Source: Vicinamibacterales bacterium
Lineage (GTDB): Bacteria; Acidobacteriota; Vicinamibacteria; Vicinamibacterales; UBA8438
Assembly: GCA_963662835.3 (NCBI GenBank)
Contig: OZ245367.1
Location: 5,163 to 69,162, forward strand
Length of the DNA: 64,000 nt
Direction of reading: 5' to 3'
Under the pieces are notes generated by a model, which was not told the DNA's origin, did not search any database, and was given only the letters and a program-made list of their open reading frames with translations. Each line of letters opens with the position of its first letter. The first letter of the stretch is position 1. Positions 1 through 8,207 of the stretch are shown piece by piece. A program made the position numbers and the translations under genes.

Positions 1-42
1 ACGGCGGTCCTGTCGAGCCTCTCGCCGTCGTGACGCCCTGAC

Positions 43-546
43 ATGCGCGTTGAGCTGCAGGTCGAGAAAACGGACGACCGGTCGCTGGCCGAACGCGGAA
101 AGCTCGATCAGTCCGACGTCCGGCGCGTGACCGTCCACGCAACCGTCGACACCAGCGCCGTGCTGCTGACACTGCCGCAGGACCTGGTCAGGTCCGTCGG
201 CCTGGCCGAGTGGGAAAGCGGCAGGGGGCCTTCCGGCCCGTGGTCAGGCCACCGTCGCCGCCGGGACGGTCACCATCTGGATCGCCGATTCGAACTGCGG
301 CAGCATGTTGTGACGGTGGGCCGGCTCGGGCGGGTCCAGGCGGAGGTGTCGGCGAGGTCGGTCGTGGTTCTCGGCCGGGTGCAGGGCGACATCCGGGCGG
401 GCGAGAAGGTGAGCATCGGCGAGAGCGGCCGGGTCGATGGCGTCGTTTCGGCTCCGCGGTTGGCTGTAGCCGACGGGGCGCACGTGCAGGGCCGCGTGGA
501 GACGCAGGCGCGCCGGGCCGATCGGACATCAGCGACTGGACGCTGA
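43..546 (+). CDS. decayed/chimeric ORF with bactofilin-like C-terminal half
   Basis: ORF track. The C-terminal VVVLGRVQGDIRAGEKVSIGESGRVDGVVSAPRLAVADGAHVQGRVE has bactofilin-type beta-helix periodicity. The N-terminal VDTSAVLLTLPQDLVRSVGL looks retropepsin-like, so this is probably fused fragments. Confidence 0.3.
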   Translation: MRVELQVEKTDDRSLAERGKLDQSDVRRVTVHATVDTSAVLLTLPQDLVRSVGLAEWESGRGPSGPWSGHRRRRDGHHLDRRFELRQHVVTVGRLGRVQAEVSARSVVVLGRVQGDIRAGEKVSIGESGRVDGVVSAPRLAVADGAHVQGRVETQARRADRTSATGR

Positions 547-580
547 GCGCGGGAGTTGCCGACGTTGGCGTTGACCCTGG

Positions 581-790
581 CGAGATGGCGACGTGCATGT
601 TGCCGAGCGCCAGGACCCTGGAGACGTCGCCCTTGACGTAGCGTAACGTCGGCCGTCTCGCCGTCGGGGTTGGTCTTGCCGCGGCGGACGGCGATGAGCA
701 TGAGCAGGCCGTCTTCGTCGCGCGCGTTGGTGACGTCCCGCCACAGCTCGAGCTCGCCCGCCCTCGTCCTCGCGCAGCCGGCGAAGCCTC
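581..790 (-). pseudogene. tyrosine recombinase fragment (type A, KTNPDGE box)
   Basis: The minus-strand translation reads ELELWRDVTNARDEDGLLMLIAVRRGKTNPDGETA and then loses frame. Bases 581-744 are a near-identical repeat of 21031-21190. Confidence 0.6.
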
Positions 791-870
791 GGCCCCGGAC
801 GGCCTGGGTGAGCGTCGATCCCGAGCTCCAGCTGCGCTTCAAGGCGGCGTGCGCGGCGCACGGCGTCTCG
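775..870 (+). pseudogene. ribbon-helix-helix (ParG/CopG-like) gene fragment
   Basis: AKPRPRTAWVSVDPELQLRFKAACAAHGVSM parallels the ParG-like protein at 44909-45133 (KRLTVDIPIETHARFKAYCAIRQTKM). There is no credible start and the frame is lost downstream. A shorter copy (PKPRTAWVSVD) lies near 44035-44075. Confidence 0.35.
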
Positions 871-1125
871 ATGCACGCGATCCGGACCCGGTCCCCGTCG
901 GCTCCGGGGCGGTTCCGCGGTTCGCGGTGAGGCTGGTCGCTCTCGAGGTGGCGCTCTGGGAGGGCGGCCGCCAGCCGCCGACGGCCGCGGAGGCCGGGCT
1001 CGAGCTGTCGACCGTCGAGCGGGCGCTCGAGGTCCTCGGCGCCCGGCTCGCAGACCAGTACGGGCCAACTTGTAACTAGTTGCATGTCGCCAGACACGGT
1101 CGGCCGCTGGTTGCAACCGGTGAGC

Positions 1126-1216
1126 GTCCAATAACGGCCGATCGGTCAACCTGCCGGATCACGTCAGGAGGCTGTATGCCGGGCTGGGAACAGGTAGGGC
1201 TACAGATAGCTCACTG
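1126..1216. repeat. ~90-nt repeated intergenic module, copy 1
   Basis: GTCCAATAACGGCCGATCGGTCAACCTGCCGGATCACGTCAGGAGGCTGTATGCCGGG...GATAGCTCACTG aligns along its whole length with 9624-9717. Its first ~25 nt recur at 21455 and 59279. Confidence 0.65.
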
Positions 1217-1384
1217 TGGCTGCGGCTGCGCGAGAAGGGCGGCAGGGAGCACGCCTTACCGGCGCACCACAAGGGGGAGAAGCACCGCGACCTACCTGGC
1301 GGGCGCGGGGATCGCGGGGCACGCCGCTCTGGCGTTCGCTGACGCGGACGCGCGAGCTCGGCAAGCGCCGCATGAGCAGGGTAG
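1217..1384 (+). pseudogene. tyrosine integrase fragment (type B family)
   Basis: WLRLREKGGREHALPAHH matches WLRLREKGGKRHDVPAHH of the integrase at 46770. The frame then shifts (GIAG..ALWRSLTRTRELGKRRMS appears in another frame). The fragment is bounded by the repeat module on one side and a Tn3 fragment on the other. Confidence 0.5.
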
Positions 1385-1617
1385 ATGTCTTCCGAGCAGC
1401 GCGCACACCTCCCCGGGGTCGACCCGCTTCTCGCCGGGCCGCTGGAAGTGGACGCTGAACCCGAGGTCGTTCTCGACCTCGATGAGCAGGTCGGCGAGCC
1501 GGATCGAGCGGCTGCGGGCGTCCAGCCAGCGGTGCAGCTCGGCGAGGCTGTCCGATTGCGCCGCGTCCGTCTTCAGCCGCCACCCGTCGTCGTCGAACGC
1601 GACCTGCCGGTTGGATC
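1385..1617 (-). pseudogene. tnpA: Tn3-family transposase internal fragment
   Basis: The DNA is ~95% identical (by eye) to the reverse complement of 17430-17670 of the tnpA at 15843-18383, apart from an 18-bp deletion. Confidence 0.85.
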
Positions 1618-1693
1618 GCCAGGCCGCGAGCCGTCCTGGTCTCGTTGAAGAACCGCTCGCCCAGGATGATGTGGCTGTCAGAACGGCAAGCCG

Positions 1694-2011
1694 TCACCGC
1701 GATTGTCGCTCTACGGCGGGCGAGGCCTCGGCACGCAGCTTCAGGCCTAGCGCGCCGACCACTCTGAGAACGGTGTCGAAGTTCGGAACGCGTTCGCCCG
1801 ACAGCGCCTTGTAGAGGCTCTCGCGGGACAGGCCGGCCTCGCTCGCCACCTGCGCCATACCCCGTGCGCGGGCGATGTCGCCGAGCGCCTTGGCCACGAA
1901 CGCGGCGTCGCCGTTGGCCTCCTCGAGGGACGCCTCCAGGTACGCTGCCATGTCCTCGCGCGTGCGCAGGTGGTCGGCAACGTCGTAGGGGGATGTGGCG
2001 GTCTTGGTCAT
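1694..2011 (-). CDS. addiction-module antidote protein (HigA-like HTH)
   Basis: MTKTATSPYDVADHLRTREDMAAYLEASLEEANGDAAFVAKALGDIARARGMAQVA..GLSRESLYKALSGERVPNFDTVLRVVGALGLKL is the typical antidote family sequence. The gene lies 8 nt downstream of its toxin partner. Confidence 0.8.
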   Translation of the reverse strand: MTKTATSPYDVADHLRTREDMAAYLEASLEEANGDAAFVAKALGDIARARGMAQVASEAGLSRESLYKALSGERVPNFDTVLRVVGALGLKLRAEASPAVERQSR

Positions 2012-2019
2012 GGTCTCAC

Positions 2020-2310
2020 CTACAGGTTTCTCGCCAGGCGCAGGGCCGTCTCGATGTCGGTCTTCTGCGTGCGTTTGTCGCCGCCGGCCAGCAGCACGAC
2101 GACCATGTGGCCCTGCCGCTTGAAGTACACCCGGTAGCCCGCGCCGTGGTCGATCCGCATCTCCGAGACGCCCCCGCCCACCGGCTTGACGTCGCCCGGA
2201 TTGCCGGTCGCCAGCCGCTCGACCCGGACTAGCACACGGGCGCGGGCGCGGACGTCGCGCAACCCGTCCAGCCACCTGGCGTAGACCTCCGTCTTGCGGA
2301 CTTCGAGCAT
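2020..2310 (-). CDS. addiction-module killer protein (RelE/HigB-like)
   Basis: The 96-aa product MLEVRKTEVYARWLDGLRDVRARARVLVRVERLATGNPGDVKPVGGGVSEMRIDHGAGYRVYFKRQGHMVVVLLAGGDKRTQ matches the killer-protein family that pairs with the antidote at 1694-2011. Confidence 0.8.
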   Translation of the reverse strand: MLEVRKTEVYARWLDGLRDVRARARVLVRVERLATGNPGDVKPVGGGVSEMRIDHGAGYRVYFKRQGHMVVVLLAGGDKRTQKTDIETALRLARNL

Positions 2311-2550
2311 GCTGCAAAGTAGCCAGCCGGCTACACGTCTGTCAATCCCACCGCGGCCGTAACCGCAGCCCGTCATCTGCACCACGCGATCGGCTGGCTT
2401 CGAGCACGCGATCAACGCGTCGTCGACGCGCCTGACTGTTGCTCGCGTTGATGTCGCCCGTTTCGACAAGAGCATGGATCCGACCGTGGCACAAGGGAGT
2501 CCAGAATCGACTGGTCGCCGGCGTCGTCCGGCGCGTGCTAGGCTGACCGC

Positions 2551-3030
2551 ATGTTCGACACGCTCGCCGTGGCCCAGCAACTCGCCGCCGGCGGCGTTGA
2601 CCGCGACCAAGCCGAAGTCATCGCCAACGCCATCGGCCAAGGCGCCGAACAGGGCGAGCACGTCACCTCTGACCAGTTCAAGGCCGGCCTTGCCGAGTTT
2701 CGGACCGAGATCGCCGGGCAGCGTGCCGATGTTGCGGGACAAATTACCGATGTTGCGGGGCAAATCGCTGAACAGCGTGCCGAAATTGCTGAGGTGCGAA
2801 CCGAGATCGCGAACCTCGACACGCGGCTCTCGACGCAACTCGCTGACCTGCGTGCCGAGCAACGCACGGAGATCGCCGGCGTGCGGACCGAGATCGCCGA
2901 CGTACGGACTGCGGTCGCCGGCGTGCGGACCGAGGTCGCGAACTTGGAAACCCGGCTCATCCGGTGGATGGTCGGGACCGTGCTCGCTACCGCCACGTTG
3001 ACCCTCGGGATCCTGCGTCTGATCGGATAG
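2551..3030 (+). CDS. DUF1640-like coiled-coil protein with C-terminal TM anchor
   Basis: The N-terminus is MFDTLAVAQQLAAGGVDRDQAEVIANAI. Repetitive (T/R)EIA(G/D)VRTE coiled-coil units follow, then a hydrophobic tail (MVGTVLATATLTLGILRLIG). N-terminal paralogs occur at 13318 and a related tail at 20571. Confidence 0.6.
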   Translation: MFDTLAVAQQLAAGGVDRDQAEVIANAIGQGAEQGEHVTSDQFKAGLAEFRTEIAGQRADVAGQITDVAGQIAEQRAEIAEVRTEIANLDTRLSTQLADLRAEQRTEIAGVRTEIADVRTAVAGVRTEVANLETRLIRWMVGTVLATATLTLGILRLIG

Positions 3031-3314
3031 CGCCGTCGCTCCACCTCCCAGACCGAAAAAGGCCGCCACCTCACAGCGGCGCAGCGCGCCCGTGGAAAGC
3101 CGTGAAAGAGGAGCGCCACGCTCTCCGGAACCCGGGTTTCATCGCGGTTGTCGATGACGCGCTGACGACCGGGGCCGCATTTTCCGCGCGGCGAGCGCAG
3201 TGCTGAGAAGACGTCTGACGACCCGGGGGGATGCCCGAGCCAAGGGACGGACCGTGCATCTGTCGGAGCCCCGCCAGCGGGCATCAGCCTGCCAACAGAG
3301 TCATGAAGCTTTAA

Positions 3315-3790
3315 GACCTGCAACCCCGTTGCGCCGTCCGCGGCGTGCATCCCGACGGCCTGGTCACGGTCGTCAGCGTGCAGTGGTTCGGCTCGGAAGC
3401 GCTCGAGCTGACCTACAAGACGGCGGCCGGCACGGTCGCCAACGAACTGCTCTACCGCCACGACGAGCCTCGGCTCGAGGTCGTCGCCCAGGGGCGGCCG
3501 TGGAGCTTCGACGGCGACGGCGCGCTGTTCCGGCTGGTGTCCGAGGCGCAGCGCATCCGCCTTGCGCACCTGTTCGACCCGCTGCTGGCAATCCACACGT
3601 CGGTGGTCGACCCGCTGCCGCACCAGATCACCGGCGTCTACGACGCGATGCTGCCGCGTCAGCCGCTGCGCTTCCTGCTCGCCGACGACCCCGGCGCGGG
3701 CAAGACCATCATGGCGGGGCTGCTGATCAAGGAACTCGTCGCCCGCGGCGACCTGGAGCGGTGCCTGATCGTCTGCCCCGGCCCGATACT
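3315..3790 (+). pseudogene. SNF2/DEAD-like helicase N-terminal fragment
   Basis: DPLPHQITGVYDAMLPRQPLRFLLADDPGAGKTIMAGLLIKELVARGDLERCLIVCPG covers helicase motifs I/Ia. The reading frame opens only at 3315 after a stop, and homology ends about 3790, just before the IHF-like gene. Confidence 0.65.
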
Positions 3791-3816
3791 GCATCGTTCC
3801 GACGAGAGACCAACCC

Positions 3817-4219
3817 GTGACCGACGGCAACCTGACGAAGGGGGTGCTCGTCGAGGAGGTGGCCGACGCCGCCGGCCTCACGAAGAAGCGCGCCGAGGTC
3901 ATCGTCGACACCCTGTTCGGCAGCATCACCGAGGCGCTGCACCAGGGGGAGAAGGTCGAACTCCGCGGCTTCGGCAGTTTCCGTCTCCGGCGCCGCGAGC
4001 CGCGCCGTGGCCGCAATCCCAGAACCGGCGAGCGGGTGGACGTGCCGTCGAGGCGCGTCGCCTACTTCCACGGCCGGCAAGGAGCTGAAGGAGATGATCA
4101 ACCGAGAGCCCGGCGCAGGCCGTACCGCCGGCGTCGTCCGATGCAGGCCGACGTTGAACGGCAGTCCCGCCGGCCGGGGCCGGCGGTGTTCGTCGGACGG
4201 CTCCGGCGAACGCGCGTGA
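3817..4219 (+). pseudogene. IHF/HU-family DNA-binding protein, frameshifted near 3' end
   Basis: LTKGVLVEEVADAAGLTKKRAEVIVDTLFGSITEALHQGEKVELRGFGSFRLRRREPRRGRNPRTGERVDVPSRRVAYF is a clear IHF/HU fold. The expected AGKELKEMIN continues in the +1 frame, with an extra C near 4068. The start codon is GTG. Confidence 0.7.
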
Positions 4220-4620
4220 ATAGCCTCTGCGAGCGGCGTGTCACGGCTGGTTATGGCCGTCCCGTAACGCGCCAGTCGTCGACTCTTGCCGCGCGCCAGG
4301 CGGGCGAAGGTGGGGGGCGGCTACGAGACCAGGAGCCAGAGACGTCGCACGAACTGCAGGTAGACGGACCGACGGTCCTCGGAACGCCCGGCGTCGGTTG
4401 CCCGTTGGACAGAGACGGCGGGGGTCTGGCGTCAACACCGCATACTCGGTGGTGGTGTCCGCCGTTGGACGCCGGGCGAGGACGTGGCCGTGCGGCTCGA
4501 CGGACTGTCCCGGATTGCGGTGCGCCGCGGTGTTCGGAGCCGCGTTCACCCCGCCGGACGCGGTTCGATTCCAGGTGAATGGAAGGACCTCTGGGTCCGG
4601 ATAGGGCTCCGCAGCGCAAT

Positions 4621-4797
4621 ATGCTGAAGCGCGACGAACGCAAGGAGCGACGGGTCGCTGCCGCCTGCATCGTGGGGCTGATCGTCATCGTCTGGCTGAT
4701 TGACCAGACGATGATGCAGGGGCACTACACCGAGTTGGCGGTTCGCGTCCCACTCGCTCTGAGTCGCGAGTTGCTCGGTTTGCCGCACGTGTGGTAG
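4621..4797 (+). CDS. small putative membrane protein
   Basis: MLKRDERKERRVAAACIVGLIVIVWLIDQ.. has one hydrophobic helix and sits in a locally lower-GC stretch. There is no homology support. Confidence 0.25.
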   Translation: MLKRDERKERRVAAACIVGLIVIVWLIDQTMMQGHYTELAVRVPLALSRELLGLPHVW

Positions 4798-4888
4798 GTG
4801 GCTCCCCTGGGGGCGGCGCAGGCCCTTGACCACGGCCCGCATGTCGCCGGGGACCCGCCCGGTGACGCCGGCTTGTAGGAGGCGCAAG

Positions 4889-5296
4889 ATGAGCAAAGCG
4901 ACCCGGTTCGTGGTGCGTCCGGCCGACCCCGGCGGCTGGGTCGCCTGGTGGCATCGGAACGGCGGCGAGAGCGACGAGGCGGGCGAGATCCTCAGCGCCG
5001 GCGAGACGGTCGAGGCGGCCGTCCGGCACGCGCGTGAACGTCAGGCGCGCGGCCAGGCGCCGACGCCGGAGGAGGCGGTCGTCAGGCCGCACAACGCGGC
5101 GGCCAGCATCCGGCGGCTGCTCGACGAGCGGGACGCGGCATCGCGCGGGCGCAGCGAGCGCTGGCAGGGGCCGTTGCGGGTCGGGGCGGCGCCTCGAACT
5201 CCTCCCCGCGCCGCTCCAGTGCCCGCCGGACGGCGGCTGGGCGCTGAGCCGACCCGCCCGCTTCAGCCGGCACTGGACGAACCGCCGTCAGCGTAG
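4889..5296 (+). CDS. conserved hypothetical protein (paralog of 11094-11654)
   Basis: AGGAGG lies 7 nt upstream of the ATG. The first ~95 aa (MSKATRFVVRPADPGGWVAWW...GETVEAAVRHARERQA...VVRPH..IRRL.D.RDAA.RG..ER.QGPLRV) are conserved with the inverted copy at 11654. The tails diverge. Confidence 0.5.
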   Translation: MSKATRFVVRPADPGGWVAWWHRNGGESDEAGEILSAGETVEAAVRHARERQARGQAPTPEEAVVRPHNAAASIRRLLDERDAASRGRSERWQGPLRVGAAPRTPPRAAPVPAGRRLGAEPTRPLQPALDEPPSA

Positions 5297-5395
5297 GTGC
5301 TCAACTCGACGGCGGCACCGAACTGGGCGGCGCGAAGCCGCGAAGCCCGCCTGGCGGCCACCACCGACCCTGCGGCCCAGCCAGATTCTGCTAGT

Positions 5396-5581
5396 TCACC
5401 GACCACGTCTTCGCGGCGTGCCATGCAGGCCGGTAAACGTGAACTGTGCTTCGAGCGGCCGGATCAGGTACGTTCGCGCGAGGACGATGCGGCCGCCGCA
5501 GCCGGCCGCGAGCCCGACGGCGCAGGCACTGTCGCGACGGGCCGTGGCAGTCTCGAAGTCGATCGCGACGAAGGAGGTCAT
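5396..5581 (-). pseudogene. DnaQ-like 3'-5' exonuclease N-terminal fragment
   Basis: MTSFVAIDFETATARRDSACAVGLAAGCGGRIV..IRP is the Exo I motif (DxE) region. The ORF stops after ~60 aa. Confidence 0.6.
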
Positions 5582-5587
5582 CGAAAG

Positions 5588-7434
5588 ATGCGCGGGGACG
5601 ATCGACCGCCGGATGGAAGCGTAACACTGGCCTGGGCGAAATCACCGAATCGGCCCGACGCGGTCGGCGCCGGCTGGCTCAGTCTCGTCGACCACTCGAC
5701 GGATGTCGCGTTGGTTGCCCGTGCCTTGCTACGCCTCCCAACGGTCAGAGAACGTCTCGGCGCGTTGGCGGGACACCCCTTGTCGACGGTTGACATCTCT
5801 CGCCTTTGCTTCTTGGTCGGGCTTCATGACGCCGGCAAAGCGAGCCACGGTTTCCAGGCCAGGCTTCGGCGCGAGAGACCCGATGCCGGCCATATTGCAC
5901 CGTTGTGGGGACTCCTCGGCAAGAGGCACGTTCATAGAGCGCATCGCGTGCTGTATCAGCAAGTTCGCGAGGCTCTGTCGGCGCCACGATGGCGAGCATG
6001 GTTTGGCGGTCCAGACACCGAACGCGATCTCTGGGGCGTCATCCTCGCTCATCATGGCAGTCTGCCAGAGCGTACGTCGGCAGTCGCTCCGGACCCACGG
6101 CTGTGGCGACGGCGCGGCGGCTATGATCCGATCGCGGCGCTGCAAGCACTGGCGGACGCCATGGTAGAGGTGTTCCCGGATGCCTTCGCGGCGGAAAATC
6201 GCGAGCCGCTACCCGCGTCTACTCGCTTTCAGCATGCCTTCGCCGGTTTCGTGACGCTGGCCGATTGGCTCGGATCGGACGAAACGGTGTTCCGGTTCCC
6301 GAGTGACGGCGCGCCGACCGGCGTCGAACGAGTGGCGTGGTCTCGGGAACGGGCGGCGGACGTGATGCGCCGGCGCTGGCTCGACCCGGCGCTGGCGCGC
6401 GATGCGGCCAGACGTCGAGACCTGAACTTCGCGACACTGTTTCCGAAGCACCCAGCGCCGCGCCCGGCGCAGGCATCCCTGCTGGATGCTCCGCTGCCTC
6501 GGGCCGGTCAGGTGACCATTCTCGAGGCGGAGACCGGGTCGGGCAAGACCGAAGCGGCCCTCATTCACTTCCTGCGGTTGTTCCAGGCGGGCGCGGTCGA
6601 CGGGCTTTACTTCGCGTTGCCCACCCGAGCCGCGGCGGTGCAGATCCATCGACGTATCCGGGCCGTCATCAGCGACTGGATGGGGGTGGCCGCTCCACCA
6701 GTCGGGCTGGCGGTGCCGGGGTACCTGCGCGTCGACGACGACGAGGGCCAGCGGCTGCCGGATGAACGGGGCATCCGCTGGCCGGATGACGAGGGCCGTG
6801 ATCGGGGCTGGGCCGTGGAGAACGCCAAGCGCTATCTGTCCGGCATGGTGATGGTTGGCACGATCGACCAGCTCTTGCTGGGCGGCCTCTGCGTACGGCA
6901 CGCGCCCTTCCGTTCGGGACCCATGCTGCGCCTGTTGCTGTGCGTGGACGAGGTCCATGCTTCCGACGCTTACATGACGACGCTCCTGCGCGTCGTCCTC
7001 GAACAGCACAGGGGGGGGGGCGGCCACGCCCTCCTGATGTCGGCGACCCTGGGGTCGGCGGCGCGGCTGCGCCTGTTGGGCGGGCGGGTCGAGATGCACG
7101 AGGAGCCGGACGCCCGACAAGCGGCGGCGCTCGCCTATCCGTCCCTGCAACGCAGCGACGAGAAGCTGCAGCCCCTGCCGCAAACCGACCGCCAGCAGAA
7201 TCAGAAGCACGTCACGGTAGAGATGTGCGACTTCCAAGCCGATACCGGTTCCCTACTCATGCGCATGAAGGCGGCGGCCGACTCCGGCGCTGCCGTGATC
7301 TTCATCCGCAACCGGGTCGATGACGCGAGAGAAGCCGTTCTCCGGCTCGAGAGGATCGGCGCACCGTTGCTGCGGTGCCGCGGCGTGGCGGCCCCCCATC
7401 ACGGACGCTTCGCACCGGAAGACCGCCGTTTGCT
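5588..7434 (+). pseudogene. cas3: CRISPR-associated Cas3 (HD nuclease + helicase), 3'-truncated
   Basis: HD motifs LVGLHDAGKASHGFQ and ILAHHG are present, along with Walker A ILEAETGSGKTEAAL, the DEVH box, MSATLG and HHGRFAPEDR. Homology ends at ~7434, where a palindrome half-site and a recombinase fragment begin. The 946-aa ORF in the track is a read-through chimera. Confidence 0.85.
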
Positions 7435-7455
7435 GTTTCTCGCGCTGCGCAACAC
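7435..7455. repeat. half of the 48-bp palindrome (right arm)
   Basis: GTTTCTCGCGCTGCGCAACAC is the exact reverse complement of 7534-7554. It forms the junction between truncated cas3 and codon ~15 of a serine recombinase gene. Confidence 0.7.
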
Positions 7456-7800
7456 CAGTCGCTGGACCTGCAGTGCGACGCCCTGCGGGCGGCCGGCGTC
7501 GACGAGGTCAACCTCTACCACGACTACGCTTCCGTGTTGCGCAGCGCGAGAAACTGCGGCGTATGTCCAGCTGGACATACTGATCAGTTTCTCGTGCTGC
7601 CTGACATCCGGACTTCCGCGACGGCCGGCCGGGACTCGACAGCTGCTTGCGGGCACTCCGGAACGACGACGTGCTCGTCGTCTGGAAGCTCGACCGCCTC
7701 GGCCGCAACCTCGCCCATCTGGTCAACACCGTGCAGGACCTGTCGGCCCGCGGACGCGGTTTCCGTTGCCGAGGGCTCGTTTTGTGCTGGCAACCGCGGC
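7456..7800 (+). pseudogene. Hin/Pin-type serine recombinase remnant, 5'-truncated and interrupted
   Basis: QSLDLQCDALRAAGVDEVNLYHDYAS, then a 73-bp insert, then RDGRPGLDSCLRALRNDDVLVVWKLDRLGRNLAHLVNTVQDLSARG. This is collinear with the recombinase at 21855. The first 14 codons and the C-terminal half are missing. Confidence 0.8.
7534..7606. repeat. 73-bp palindromic insert (MITE/hix-like) inside recombinase gene
   Basis: The sequence is GTGTTGCGCAGCGCGAGAAACTG-CGGCGTATGTCCAGCTGGACATAC-TGATCAGTTTCTCGTGCTGCCTGACA. The outer arms match the 48-bp palindrome at 23637. The core holds a perfect 18-bp palindrome, TATGTCCAGCTGGACATA. TCC is present on both flanks. Confidence 0.65.
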
Positions 7801-8009
7801 GGCTTGCGCAATCCTGGCCGGGAACCGGAAGGGACAGAAGGGTCTTACCCCGTCGAGGCACGGTCGTCTCGCCGCTGCGAGGACCACCGAAGGATTTGCC
7901 GACCTACACCGCCGCGCCCTGCCATCCAGTATGCGGCCTTTCATCCCGCGGGGAGGGACGGCCCCGCGCCCGCAGGGTCGTTACAGTGTATTTCTGCACG
8001 AATCGTGTC

Positions 8010-8137
8010 GGTTCCCTAACAAGGTCGAGGCGGCCGACGCGCGTTCAGACCTGTTCGAGCGGCGTCGCCGGCTGATGGCCGACTGGTCGGCATACCTTGA
8101 CCGAGAGCGTCGACCGGACGACTCTGAGCGCTGCTGA
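8010..8137 (+). pseudogene. P4-type tyrosine integrase C-terminal fragment
   Basis: NKVEAADARSDLFERRRRLMADWSAYL matches the C-terminus of the integrase at 23996 (NKVEAAYARSDLFERRWRLMDDWAGYV). Weaker similarity may extend upstream to ~7840. Confidence 0.6.
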
Positions 8138-8207
8138 CACGCCGCGTGATACCGTTCGGCGAGGTGTCGACGACTATGGAGTTCATCCAGAGAGGAGACA
8201 GTGCCTG

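Noticed and set aside
4480-4580. GGTTCGATTCC, a T-loop-like motif, downstream of the IHF-like gene. It suggested a tRNA or tmRNA gene.
   Set aside because: The flanking bases do not form a T-stem or acceptor stem (CGCGG/CCAGG pairs poorly). I found no D-arm or anticodon arm and no tag-like reading frame. At most it is a degenerate remnant.
7800-8010. A GC-rich stretch with hairpins between the recombinase remnant and the integrase scrap. I considered it as an ncRNA or CRISPR leader/repeat.
   Set aside because: There is no internal direct repeat. Weak collinearity with the C-terminal third of P4-type integrases (..PSRHG.. / ..NKVEAA..) makes a decayed coding sequence more likely.
5297-8137. 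A single 946-aa ORF in the track.
   Set aside because: It is a read-through chimera. It combines upstream non-coding sequence, cas3 (5588-7434), out-of-frame recombinase DNA and an integrase C-terminal scrap. Only the cas3 part is a real gene.
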